Assembly (NCBI GenBank): GCA_020721325.1
Contig: DYNA01000002.1
Location: forward strand, 7,037 to 71,036
Direction: 5' to 3'
Source: Paludibacter propionicigenes
GTDB lineage: Bacteria; Bacteroidota; Bacteroidia; Bacteroidales; JAIFNL01
DNA length: 64,000 bases
The notes under the pieces were generated by a model. That model was given only the letters and a program-made list of their open reading frames with translations, searched no databases and had not been told where the DNA came from. Positions 54,419 through 63,489 of this stretch are shown here, piece after piece. A program made the position numbers and the translations under genes. Positions within the stretch are counted from its first letter, which is position 1, and each line of letters opens with the position of its first letter.

Positions 54419-55630
54419 TTATATATTTTTAAAAATCTGCAATAACTCTTCTTCAGGAAAAACCGAACGTCCCAATTGGTAAGCTTTTTCTTTTACATGA
54501 ATTAATGCTTTTTGTATCTGATTATCAGTGAGTTCAACTCCTAACTCGGTGCTTACTTCTTTTATAACACGCGAACTTGCCAGTTGAGTTACAAAAACTT
54601 TTTTACGAATACCTAATATTTCATCAGGGTCAAAAGGCTGAAAACTAAGGGTATCGACAAATGGAGTACCTGTAGAAATGGTATTAACGCCTGTTCCAAC
54701 AATGGGGTCGGTAATAATTATTGGAACTCCGGTCAATTGACTTACTTTTTGAGCGATTTCGGGCAATAATTTTAAATTTGGATTCGATAAAAACAAATTT
54801 TCGCCTTCTATACCCAACCTTTTTTTGAGTAAATGCGGTTCGTGCGAAAGCAAAAACGTTAGTAACTCCGTTTTTAATAAGCCATTTCGCTCAGCCATAC
54901 CCAGCCAAGATGTTGAGGGTAAATAGATTCCATGCCGTATAGCCTCCAAATTATTTTCGAGCGCAAACCCCAAATCGTTGTGAAAATGCACCGAAAATCG
55001 TACTTTCGGGCTTGCATTTTGTTTTACAATTCGCAAAAATTCGGACGTTTCGTAAGGATAAATTTTACCTTGTGTATCGCCCATTCCTACCGTTGCAATG
55101 CCAAGTTCGTGCAATTCGGAAGCTAACTCGCCCAATAGCTGAGGATTACCATCGAAAGCAGCAGCTAACTGAATATCAATTGGCATACCGGCAGCTTTAT
55201 CGAGAGCAAATTTGGCCATATTTAGAGCCGATTCTTTGGCTTCTTTGAGCGTTTTATGCAACATTACGCTGCACAAACGTTCAGAAAATGGTGAAACAAA
55301 AGCCACTCTACCATATTTTGCATTTTTTAAAGATGCTATACTATTGGTTATTTCATCTTTTGAACTGCGACAATTTACTGCCAAATAACAATTATCAACA
55401 TTTTCTGCTAAGTCTTCAATAGCTTTAACTTCTTCTTTTCCAATAGAATAAAAACCGGCAGCAAATACCAAATGGTCAGGTCCATTTTGATTAAATACCG
55501 AAGCATGCAACTTGGCTATTTCAATCCGTTGTTTACCACTCAAAATTGTTTTGGCTTGCGCGCCATCTCTGGCTACCTCTTCCCAAAAAACGATTCTACG
55601 ATTATCTAATGAATTTGTTATTCTATCCAT
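54419..55630 (-). CDS. HMGL-like (DRE-TIM metallolyase) enzyme, homocitrate/isopropylmalate synthase-like
   Basis: Metal/substrate motifs EVARDGAQA and SVHFHNDLGFALEN are present. 403 aa, with no LeuA-type C-terminal regulatory domain. Confidence 0.7.
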   Translation of the reverse strand: MDRITNSLDNRRIVFWEEVARDGAQAKTILSGKQRIEIAKLHASVFNQNGPDHLVFAAGFYSIGKEEVKAIEDLAENVDNCYLAVNCRSSKDEITNSIASLKNAKYGRVAFVSPFSERLCSVMLHKTLKEAKESALNMAKFALDKAAGMPIDIQLAAAFDGNPQLLGELASELHELGIATVGMGDTQGKIYPYETSEFLRIVKQNASPKVRFSVHFHNDLGFALENNLEAIRHGIYLPSTSWLGMAERNGLLKTELLTFLLSHEPHLLKKRLGIEGENLFLSNPNLKLLPEIAQKVSQLTGVPIIITDPIVGTGVNTISTGTPFVDTLSFQPFDPDEILGIRKKVFVTQLASSRVIKEVSTELGVELTDNQIQKALIHVKEKAYQLGRSVFPEEELLQIFKNI

Positions 55631-55716
55631 ACAAAAAAAACTATTTTTTATATAAAAAAAACGTATATTATTTTTTTATACAAAAAAAAATTAAACAATA
55701 TTTTTTTATAAAAAAA

Positions 55717-58323
55717 TTAAAATTCGTATTTAATCGTTAAATACAAATTTCTTCCATTTTGCTTCAAACTTGAAGCCAACTCGCCTTGTACTTGGTCAAG
55801 ACCGGGCGAGAAATATTCTTTATTTAAAAGATTAAAAAATGTTAATTGAAAAGAAAATCCATAAAAATTTTGTGGATTATATGTAATTGCTCCATTAAAA
55901 ATAATATACGAGCCAAAAGTATCCAAATTTTGTGGAACACTTGTGTTTTCGCCCGTTATGCGCTTGCTCCTAAAATTCATACGCAAATTAAAATTCCATT
56001 TCTCTTGCCATAAATAATTAGCACCCAAATTGGCTTGATGGGTAGAAATGTCGCTGATTCTCAATTTATTATATGGCTCGCCGGCATCGTTGGTCAAAAT
56101 ATTTCCTTCTGAATCTGTTGGATTGATTAAAAATGGAGCAGTCAATGTATAATTTGCATATAAACTTAACTTATTTATCTGATAATCAGCCATTGCATTA
56201 ATTCCATCGCCCCTTGCCTCACCTTTCGATTGATTTTGATTTGTAAAAGTACCATCGGCTTTTTCTACTCTAACTTCTTGAATGATATTACTATAAAGCG
56301 AGTGGTATGCTGAAATATTAAGAAAAAGCTTTTTATAAAACGTGTGAGCTATTGAAATTTCATAATTTTTAACTTTTTCGGGAGCCAAATTCGGATTTGA
56401 TAGTTCGCGTTTTCCGGCTGCGGTTGAATATTTTTCTCTGTTGGTGGCATCTTTAAATGCTTCGGCATATATCAACTTGAAAATAAAATTATTAGGTGAA
56501 TATACCAAAACAAAACGTGGATTTACGGCATGTTTATATCCTTGATTTTCACGTATTTTGTTGTTATCGTATCGAATACCAACAGTTAAATTCAAATTAT
56601 AAAGTAAACCGACTTTTGCCTGAGAATAAAATCCTAAATCGCGTGAAAAAATGTGATTCCCTCCCGGAATTTCGGTTAAAGGATTTCCTTCTTCTTGGGC
56701 ATTGTTTTTGGTGGACATTGTATAATCGCCTTGTATTGAGCTGTATCGAATTTCAAAACCCGAAATTAAATCCACTCTTTTGTGGGGTGTGTAAATGACT
56801 TTAAATTCATTCCTCATCTGATTTGAAATCTGAAAAAGGTACATGCTATCCCAAGTTGGAATTTTTCCATCAATCAATTTTGTTAAATCAAAATGACCGG
56901 AAGAATAATTTTTTCTATACCGAACTACATTATTATTTTTGTCAAAATCATGAACTTTAAAATTCAAAAAATTGCTTATATCTAATTTTTCCGAAAGGGA
57001 TTTATTGTATTTTACGTAAAAATTATTGTGAATCGGTCGCCATGCTTGACCTTGCTCAAAAGTCATCTCTATTAAATCATTGTATTGCGCACCGGGTCCC
57101 TCGGCTTTATTCCAATACATGTATCCGAGCAAAAAATCATAAATCTTTAACTTTGCCTCTATTGAATATGCCTGTGTTTTATCCGAAAATTCAACTTTAT
57201 TTAATACATCGTTATCATATTCAAGGGCTTGGGAAATTCCGGTTTCTGTTAAAATTATTTTTCCATCTATATACGAATACAAATCACTGTTTTCGGGATA
57301 TTTTTCTAAAAAAGAAGTTACTTTTTCTGAATTTGTTATATCTAATTTTGAATGATAAAGACTTGATAATTCATCTGTTAAAACATTAGGTTCGTAATCA
57401 TGCCAAGAATAATCCGACAGATTTTGTTCGTTTGATAAAAAAATGCGGGGTGTTATTGAAAACGAAACCGAATTCTTTTTTGAACGAATTGCAAAACTCA
57501 TATCCAACATTCGCGTATTGTACGAGCCATAAGTTAATTGAGCTTTTATACCAAAGTTTTTTCCTGTTTCAATAAAATCTTCCGGATTTTTGGTTATCAC
57601 ATTTATTACTCCCAAAAAAGCATTTGAACCATACATAGTTGAAGCAGGTCCGTAAACAACTTCTATGTTTTTAACATTTGTAAGTGCATATTGCCGAGAT
57701 AAATACACATTACTCGACCACAAATCGTTGTCTTCAACTCCATCAAATAAAAATAAGGTTCGGTTGGTATTTATCGACCTGTAACCCCGTTGATAGGCAT
57801 GAGTATATAAATTGCCGTTGGAGCGAGAAATATCAAATCCGGGCAAATCGTGAAGCACGGCTTCCAAATCCAAATAACCTCTTTCAAGTATCTGTTTTTC
57901 AGTAATTAACGAAACTGTTGCCGGTGCTTCGTTCAAATTCTCTTCCTTCTTAGAAACGGAAGTTACAATTTGGGTAACATTTTCTCTCTTTAATTTCTCA
58001 AATAACGTAATAAACAACAAGTTATCTGAAAGTAAATCGGGTTGAAATTTAGGGTCGATTTGCATAATTCGCTTCATAGCTTGTACCGCGCTTGTGTCGT
58101 CATCGAGGGCTAAATGTGTTTTAACGATTAATTTAAAAGCTTGAATGCGCAAATTGTTATCTGCCGAAAAGTTTGTACACGATTCAAGTTCTTTTAAAAC
58201 CCGTTTGAAATCGCCTGTTTTGTAATCATTTAAAGCGTCGTCTATAATGGCTCTATCGCAATTTTGCGCATAAATCCAACTCTGACTGACCAATAATATA
58301 AAAAATAAAGCTAATTTTTTCAT
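55717..58323 (-). CDS. TonB-dependent receptor with an N-terminal TPR-like helical extension
   Basis: Start taken at MKKLALFFILLVSQSWIYAQ; the ORF extends to 58377. About 100 aa of helical TPR-like sequence precede the plug (NIEVVYGPASTMYGSNAFLGVINVITK). A long barrel follows, ending in YLTIKYEF. Confidence 0.85.
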   Translation of the reverse strand: MKKLALFFILLVSQSWIYAQNCDRAIIDDALNDYKTGDFKRVLKELESCTNFSADNNLRIQAFKLIVKTHLALDDDTSAVQAMKRIMQIDPKFQPDLLSDNLLFITLFEKLKRENVTQIVTSVSKKEENLNEAPATVSLITEKQILERGYLDLEAVLHDLPGFDISRSNGNLYTHAYQRGYRSINTNRTLFLFDGVEDNDLWSSNVYLSRQYALTNVKNIEVVYGPASTMYGSNAFLGVINVITKNPEDFIETGKNFGIKAQLTYGSYNTRMLDMSFAIRSKKNSVSFSITPRIFLSNEQNLSDYSWHDYEPNVLTDELSSLYHSKLDITNSEKVTSFLEKYPENSDLYSYIDGKIILTETGISQALEYDNDVLNKVEFSDKTQAYSIEAKLKIYDFLLGYMYWNKAEGPGAQYNDLIEMTFEQGQAWRPIHNNFYVKYNKSLSEKLDISNFLNFKVHDFDKNNNVVRYRKNYSSGHFDLTKLIDGKIPTWDSMYLFQISNQMRNEFKVIYTPHKRVDLISGFEIRYSSIQGDYTMSTKNNAQEEGNPLTEIPGGNHIFSRDLGFYSQAKVGLLYNLNLTVGIRYDNNKIRENQGYKHAVNPRFVLVYSPNNFIFKLIYAEAFKDATNREKYSTAAGKRELSNPNLAPEKVKNYEISIAHTFYKKLFLNISAYHSLYSNIIQEVRVEKADGTFTNQNQSKGEARGDGINAMADYQINKLSLYANYTLTAPFLINPTDSEGNILTNDAGEPYNKLRISDISTHQANLGANYLWQEKWNFNLRMNFRSKRITGENTSVPQNLDTFGSYIIFNGAITYNPQNFYGFSFQLTFFNLLNKEYFSPGLDQVQGELASSLKQNGRNLYLTIKYEF

Positions 58324-58333
58324 TTTTTTAAAC

Positions 58334-61300
58334 TTATTTTGGCAAATTTTCATCGTATTTGATACCTTCACCCACAAATTTTAACCAATTTTTTTCACTC
58401 ATATTTTTTGAAACTTTGCTTCTTACAAAATTTTTCAAATCTGTAATATTAATTGCTGTAATTAATATCGATTTGTCGGCACTTACGGAAATGATATTCT
58501 TCTTTTCGTTTATAAAACCTAAAGCATAAACCCATGAGTCATGTTTGTCAATTACCAAAGGAGGTATCAACTCAAAATCTGCTGCATTCCACACTTTTAT
58601 TAATCCATCATAACTTGCTGATATTAAACGCTTTCTGCTTTCATCATAAAGCAATGCAGTTACACCCGACTGATGAGCTAAAAATTCATTAACAGGCTTA
58701 TTACCAAGTATTTCTATTATTCCCGAATAAAAACCGACAGCTAACTCATCGCCGGTTGTAAAACACAGTGAAGTTATTTCTCCTTTACCAGTATTTACCC
58801 GTTTTTTTTCTGAAAAATCAAAAGTATTTAGATAAATTAATTCTCCTGAAACCGTTCCCAAAACTAAAATTTCTCCATTTGAGGTCAGAGCCATGCTGTT
58901 GATACGTTCTGTGGCTTTATGCACGGTTTTTACACTAAGTAAATTGCTTGTGTTCCAAGATTTTACAGTTCCATCAAGGCTTAGCGAATAATACGTTGAA
59001 AAACTACTATTACTCAAAATTTGTGTAACTACTCCAGAGTGCAAATTTAAAATGGTCGGTTTTTCGGATAAATTATTTTTATTCCAAATAACCACATCAC
59101 CTTTGTTGGTTCCGCCAATGATAATATCGTTTCCGCCAAAAAGTAAACTTCTGTAAATCACTTTTGAAAGAAGAGGAGTTTTTAAATTCTGTGGTGCATC
59201 CAAACTTTTTAAAGAAAACATTTTTACACTTCCATCATCTGACGAAGTTACAAAATTTACACCGTCAGGTGAAATTGCAACAGCTCTAACTGCCTCATTA
59301 TGAGAAATTTTCCCTTTCAAATGAATTGATAAATTTGCAACATCGGCAAGAGCATTAAAAATTTCGGGGCTGTTTGGGTCGCCTCCAAAATTTGAATTGA
59401 AATAGTATGCTTGCAAAGCCAAAATCATTGGTAATTCACGCTCTTGCTCTGTGAGTTGAAAAATCTCACTTTGCGATTCTTTTAACTTTATTGCATTAAC
59501 TGCCAATGCTTTAGCAATAGCCAAACGCCGCATTGTATCCGTTTTAGCCTCCGAAAATTCGGCTCGTAATTTTTGTTCTAAGGCTATTTTTTCATTTTTA
59601 ACAGCTTGGTCGCGCATTTTTTCGGCTTCTTTTTTGGAGCGAAACGCGGCATCTCGAGAATTTAAAGCTTCTTTTTCTGCCAAAAGAGCCAGTCCTTTTT
59701 GCCTAATCGCCTCATTTTGTTGCGTTACGGCGATTAATTTTTGGGCATCAGCCAAAAGTTTTTGCTCTTCAGCTATAAAACGTTGTTGCTGAGCTATTTT
59801 TCCTTGCGAAATAGCTTCTTTTCGCTTTTCTTCGGCTAATTTACTTTCCGAAATGGCTATTTTTTCTTTTTCTTTTGCCTTTTTCTCACTTGCCTCGGCT
59901 TTGTATTGCAAATTTAGGGCAACAACCAAAAACAAAATGGAAATAATAGATGCAGCCGCTAAAATGATTACAAAAATTCGAGTTCTTCTAAGAGATTGAT
60001 GCTGCTTTCGCTCCTTTACTCCTATCACTCGTTCATCTTCTTCTTTGCTGAAATTCAAGTAATTAATTGCCCTATCATAAGCCGGATTGTAGCGTTTTGC
60101 CCAAGTTTGATTGGGTGAATTATCTTCAAACCATTTCAGAGCCAACAATAAATCCGGTCCCGAAAGCAAACCACTTTTTCCAATTTGATACAATTCTGCC
60201 GAATTTGAAATTCGTAAATAAATTTGCGCCGATTCGGTTTCCTCTCTTACCCAATCAATTAAACGTTTCCAAATACGCATAATACTTTCGTGAGAAATGT
60301 CAATAATTACCGAAGAATTTAATCTGACACTTTCAGGTGGAAATAAAAAACTATTGCCTTCTGCACGAAAAACATTGATTACCTCAATTACATCTTCTTC
60401 TTTACTTACAGTGATTGAGCAAATATCGCCCAATGATGTCGGACGGCGAGTAGCTCGATTATCATCACCTAAAAAAGTTAAAGCTTTAAAAATTTTTTCG
60501 GTAATTTTTTGTAAAGCATCATCGTGCAACTGTTCATAAATAAATTCGGCATGTACCGAAAGTGCATCTGAAATTGTTCCTACTGCTGTATAATGCTCTA
60601 ATTCAATTACATTGTTGCCTTCCGAATTGAGCAACCAATAATCCCAAGTTCGCATTAAGGCATGTTGCAAAATGGGCAAACTTACATCATTTTTTGTAAT
60701 TTGTTCGGTTATTTCAGCCAACAAAACTTCAGAAAACTCCGCTCCGGCAATGTTTGCAGGTCCTAAAATAGCCCTTTTTTGCTCATCAACAGTCATTCGC
60801 GGAATCAAATAATGCCCCTGATTGATTATATTTGGAAAATCGGCAAATTCAGTACAATCGCTCAAAAAATCAGCTCGCAATGAAATAATAACCGAAAATT
60901 TATGCTCTTTGCAATGCGCCAAATCAATTATTAATTTAACAAAAAAATCAGACTCGGCTTTTGCTTGAGCAATGTATTCATTTTGTCTAAATCGAAAAAT
61001 CTCTTCAAATTGGTCGATATAAACAAGTAAATTTTTATTATAATTAACTTGTTTTAAAATACTTACAAAATCTCTTACACCTTTTTTTAATAAATCTTCT
61101 ATCTCCTTTGGGTTTCGTAAAGTCTTTAATGATATGTTTTCATTGATAAATAAATCTTGAAAAGCCTCTGACATGCTGAAAAACAAGCTGTTACCCGGTC
61201 TAAATACAATTGAACTCCAATGCTGGTTTTCTTTTTTCAATTTCGGAATTACTCCGGCTTTTATCAAAGAAGACTTACCACTGCCCGAAGCTCCAGTAAT

Positions 61301-61447
61301 TGCCACAAAATTAGATGTTTGCAATATTTCCAAAAGCTCATTGATTTGCTTTTCTCTGCCAAAAAACAAATCGCTCTCTTCTTCACGAAAACTTCTAATT
61401 CCGGGATATGGATTTTTTACATATTTTATTTTTACCTCTGAAGCCAT
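58334..61447 (-). CDS. nSTAND1-like STAND NTPase - TM helix - coiled coil - WD40 repeat protein
   Basis: NPYPGIRSFREEESDLFFGRE, then Walker A GASGSGKS (aa 52-59) and Walker B LLVYIDQFEE. Hydrophobic helix at aa 491-513. Lys/Glu/Ala/Gln coiled coil at aa ~514-665. At least 6 WD40 blades at aa ~712-1000 (e.g. SASYDGLIKVWN, SSDDGSVKMFS). Confidence 0.8.
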   Translation of the reverse strand: MASEVKIKYVKNPYPGIRSFREEESDLFFGREKQINELLEILQTSNFVAITGASGSGKSSLIKAGVIPKLKKENQHWSSIVFRPGNSLFFSMSEAFQDLFINENISLKTLRNPKEIEDLLKKGVRDFVSILKQVNYNKNLLVYIDQFEEIFRFRQNEYIAQAKAESDFFVKLIIDLAHCKEHKFSVIISLRADFLSDCTEFADFPNIINQGHYLIPRMTVDEQKRAILGPANIAGAEFSEVLLAEITEQITKNDVSLPILQHALMRTWDYWLLNSEGNNVIELEHYTAVGTISDALSVHAEFIYEQLHDDALQKITEKIFKALTFLGDDNRATRRPTSLGDICSITVSKEEDVIEVINVFRAEGNSFLFPPESVRLNSSVIIDISHESIMRIWKRLIDWVREETESAQIYLRISNSAELYQIGKSGLLSGPDLLLALKWFEDNSPNQTWAKRYNPAYDRAINYLNFSKEEDERVIGVKERKQHQSLRRTRIFVIILAAASIISILFLVVALNLQYKAEASEKKAKEKEKIAISESKLAEEKRKEAISQGKIAQQQRFIAEEQKLLADAQKLIAVTQQNEAIRQKGLALLAEKEALNSRDAAFRSKKEAEKMRDQAVKNEKIALEQKLRAEFSEAKTDTMRRLAIAKALAVNAIKLKESQSEIFQLTEQERELPMILALQAYYFNSNFGGDPNSPEIFNALADVANLSIHLKGKISHNEAVRAVAISPDGVNFVTSSDDGSVKMFSLKSLDAPQNLKTPLLSKVIYRSLLFGGNDIIIGGTNKGDVVIWNKNNLSEKPTILNLHSGVVTQILSNSSFSTYYSLSLDGTVKSWNTSNLLSVKTVHKATERINSMALTSNGEILVLGTVSGELIYLNTFDFSEKKRVNTGKGEITSLCFTTGDELAVGFYSGIIEILGNKPVNEFLAHQSGVTALLYDESRKRLISASYDGLIKVWNAADFELIPPLVIDKHDSWVYALGFINEKKNIISVSADKSILITAINITDLKNFVRSKVSKNMSEKNWLKFVGEGIKYDENLPK

Positions 61448-61484
61448 TTATTTTTTATTCTTTCATATTTCATATTTTAAAAAT

Positions 61485-61492
61485 CAAAGATA
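61485..61492 (-). promoter_or_regulatory. Bacteroidota-type -7 box TAtcTTTG (minus strand)
   Basis: Plus-strand caaagata is the reverse complement of TATCTTTG. It lies 38 nt upstream of the ATG at 61447. Confidence 0.5.
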
Positions 61493-61653
61493 AAAAAAAA
61501 AAACTAAAAACAAATAAATTAATATAATATTTTTATGCTAATTTCAAAATTAATCTAATTAATTAGGTATTCTTAAAAAAAATAATTTGCTTTTTTAATT
61601 AAAAGAATATCATTCAATTTGTAAAAATATTTTTTTATTTAAAAAAAAATTTC

Positions 61654-61661
61654 TATTTTTG
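61654..61661 (+). promoter_or_regulatory. Bacteroidota-type -7 box TAttTTTG
   Basis: Exact TAnnTTTG match, 55 nt upstream of the ATG at 61717. Confidence 0.5.
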
Positions 61662-61716
61662 ATTTGAAAGAATATATTTTTTTAAGAAATTTAATAATTT
61701 ATAAATAAACAAAAAC

Positions 61717-63486
61717 ATGAAGATAAAATTCATATTAATAAGCTTTTTTTTACTTTTTTCTATTCATTCTTTTTCTCAAAAAGATATAACTGAAAAAGAG
61801 CTTATTGAACATATTTCATTTTTAGCATCTGATGATTTGAAAGGCAGAAAACCCGGAACGCCCGAAGATTTAAAATCGGCTGAATACATTGCTAACAATT
61901 TGAAAAAGAGCGGTTTTATACTTAAATCCAACAACGGACTTCAACATTTTAATGTAATTACCGGAGTTGAATTAAAGGGAGAAAATTCTGTGTTTTTTTT
62001 AGATAATAAATTAACCGTTGAAACCGATTTTATACCTTTAAGTTTTTCAAAAAATGGAAAGTTTTCAGGTGAAATAGTTTTTGCCGGTTATGGTTTCGAT
62101 ATTAATGAAGACAACCTGAAATGGAATGATTACCAAGATATTGACGTTACAGGAAAGTGGGTTATGGTTTTACAAGGCGACCCCGAACCCAACAATCGCA
62201 ACAGCCTATTCATTCCCTACTCCAATTCGCGCAGTAAAACATTGACAGCCAAAGACAAAGGAGCATTAGGTATTATTTTTGTTTCGGGAAAAATTCAAAA
62301 CGAAAAAGACATACTTACTCCTTTAGACAAACCCAGAGGATTAATTAAAGCGGCAATTCCTGCTTTTGAGATGACACGAAATTTTGCCGACAAACTTTTA
62401 AAAGAAAAAACCATAGATGAATTGGAAAATGAAATGAATACGAATATGAAAAGTGTTCAATTTCAAGTAAATACAAATTTAGAAGCCGTTATAAACGTAG
62501 AATTTATAGAACAACAAACTCAAAATATAGTTGGGTTTTTAGAAGGAAATGACCCAAAATTGAAACACGAACTGATTGTAATTGGCGCACATTTCGACCA
62601 CTTGGGCATGGGCGGATTTGGCTCAGGTTCACGAGTTCCCGACACTACTGCCGTTCACAACGGTGCTGACGATAATGCTTCAGGAGTGAGCGGTATTTTA
62701 GAAATAGCTGAAAAAATAGCTGCAAATAAAAACCAAATCAAAAGAAGTTTGTTGGTTGTTTCGTTTGGCGCAGAAGAAATGGGGCTTTTAGGGTCAAAAT
62801 ATTTTGTGGAAAACCCTATAATGGAGTTAAAAAATATTAAAGCAATGCTCAATTTTGATATGATAGGGCGTTTGGACAAAAATACCAAAAAACTTTCCAT
62901 TGGAGGTACAGGTACCGGAACTGAAACCGAAAACTTGCTTCAAACAATAAAAAATCCATTAAATTTAGAACTTTCATTTTCTAAAGAAGGATTTGGACCC
63001 TCAGACCATGCTTCTTTTTATATAAATAATATTCCGGTATTTTTTATTTCGAGCGGTGCGCACAATGATTACCACACTCCAAAAGATGATTTGGAATTTA
63101 TTAATGGTGAAGGAATGAAACTTATCAGCGACTTTTCTTATGAATTGATAATGAAGCTTTTAAATCAATCCGAGAACTTAACGTTTCAAGAATCCGGACC
63201 TAAAACAGCTCAAAGTTCGAGCCGTGGTTTGAAAGTTACACTCGGCATAATGCCCGCTTTTGGCGAATCGAAACAACCCGGATTGGGTGTTGATGCCGTT
63301 ACTCCCAACCGTCCGGCTCATAAAGGTGGAATGCTTAAAGGTGATATTATTACAGCAATTAATGGAAAAGAAGTTACAAATATTTATGATTATATGAATC
63401 GTTTACAAACTCTTAAAATTGGTGAAACCATTACGGTTGATGTTATTCGCAACGATGAGAAAAAAGTATTACTTATTCAATTATAA
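61717..63486 (+). CDS. M28-family aminopeptidase with PA-like insert and C-terminal PDZ domain
   Basis: M28 metal ligands are present (GAHFDHLG, GADDNASG, FGAEEMGLLGS, DYHTPKDD). C-terminal PDZ domain (GGMLKGDIITAINGKEV). Confidence 0.85.
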   Translation: MKIKFILISFFLLFSIHSFSQKDITEKELIEHISFLASDDLKGRKPGTPEDLKSAEYIANNLKKSGFILKSNNGLQHFNVITGVELKGENSVFFLDNKLTVETDFIPLSFSKNGKFSGEIVFAGYGFDINEDNLKWNDYQDIDVTGKWVMVLQGDPEPNNRNSLFIPYSNSRSKTLTAKDKGALGIIFVSGKIQNEKDILTPLDKPRGLIKAAIPAFEMTRNFADKLLKEKTIDELENEMNTNMKSVQFQVNTNLEAVINVEFIEQQTQNIVGFLEGNDPKLKHELIVIGAHFDHLGMGGFGSGSRVPDTTAVHNGADDNASGVSGILEIAEKIAANKNQIKRSLLVVSFGAEEMGLLGSKYFVENPIMELKNIKAMLNFDMIGRLDKNTKKLSIGGTGTGTETENLLQTIKNPLNLELSFSKEGFGPSDHASFYINNIPVFFISSGAHNDYHTPKDDLEFINGEGMKLISDFSYELIMKLLNQSENLTFQESGPKTAQSSSRGLKVTLGIMPAFGESKQPGLGVDAVTPNRPAHKGGMLKGDIITAINGKEVTNIYDYMNRLQTLKIGETITVDVIRNDEKKVLLIQL

Positions 63487-63489
63487 AAG

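Noticed and set aside
58334-61447. STAND NTPase as an Avs-type antiphage defence gene
   Set aside because: It has no N-terminal effector domain (nuclease, protease, TIR, etc.) and no neighbouring defence or mobile genes. It sits in an operon with a TonB-dependent receptor. A defence role cannot be excluded, but nothing in the sequence supports it.
61173-61493. Plus-strand ORFs 61173..61493 and 61220..61441 opposite the STAND NTPase N-terminus; also 55546..55740, 53528..53737 and similar
   Set aside because: They are antisense to motif-bearing CDS (Walker A region and others). Their Phe/Leu/Lys-rich translations are typical of AT-rich shadow frames.
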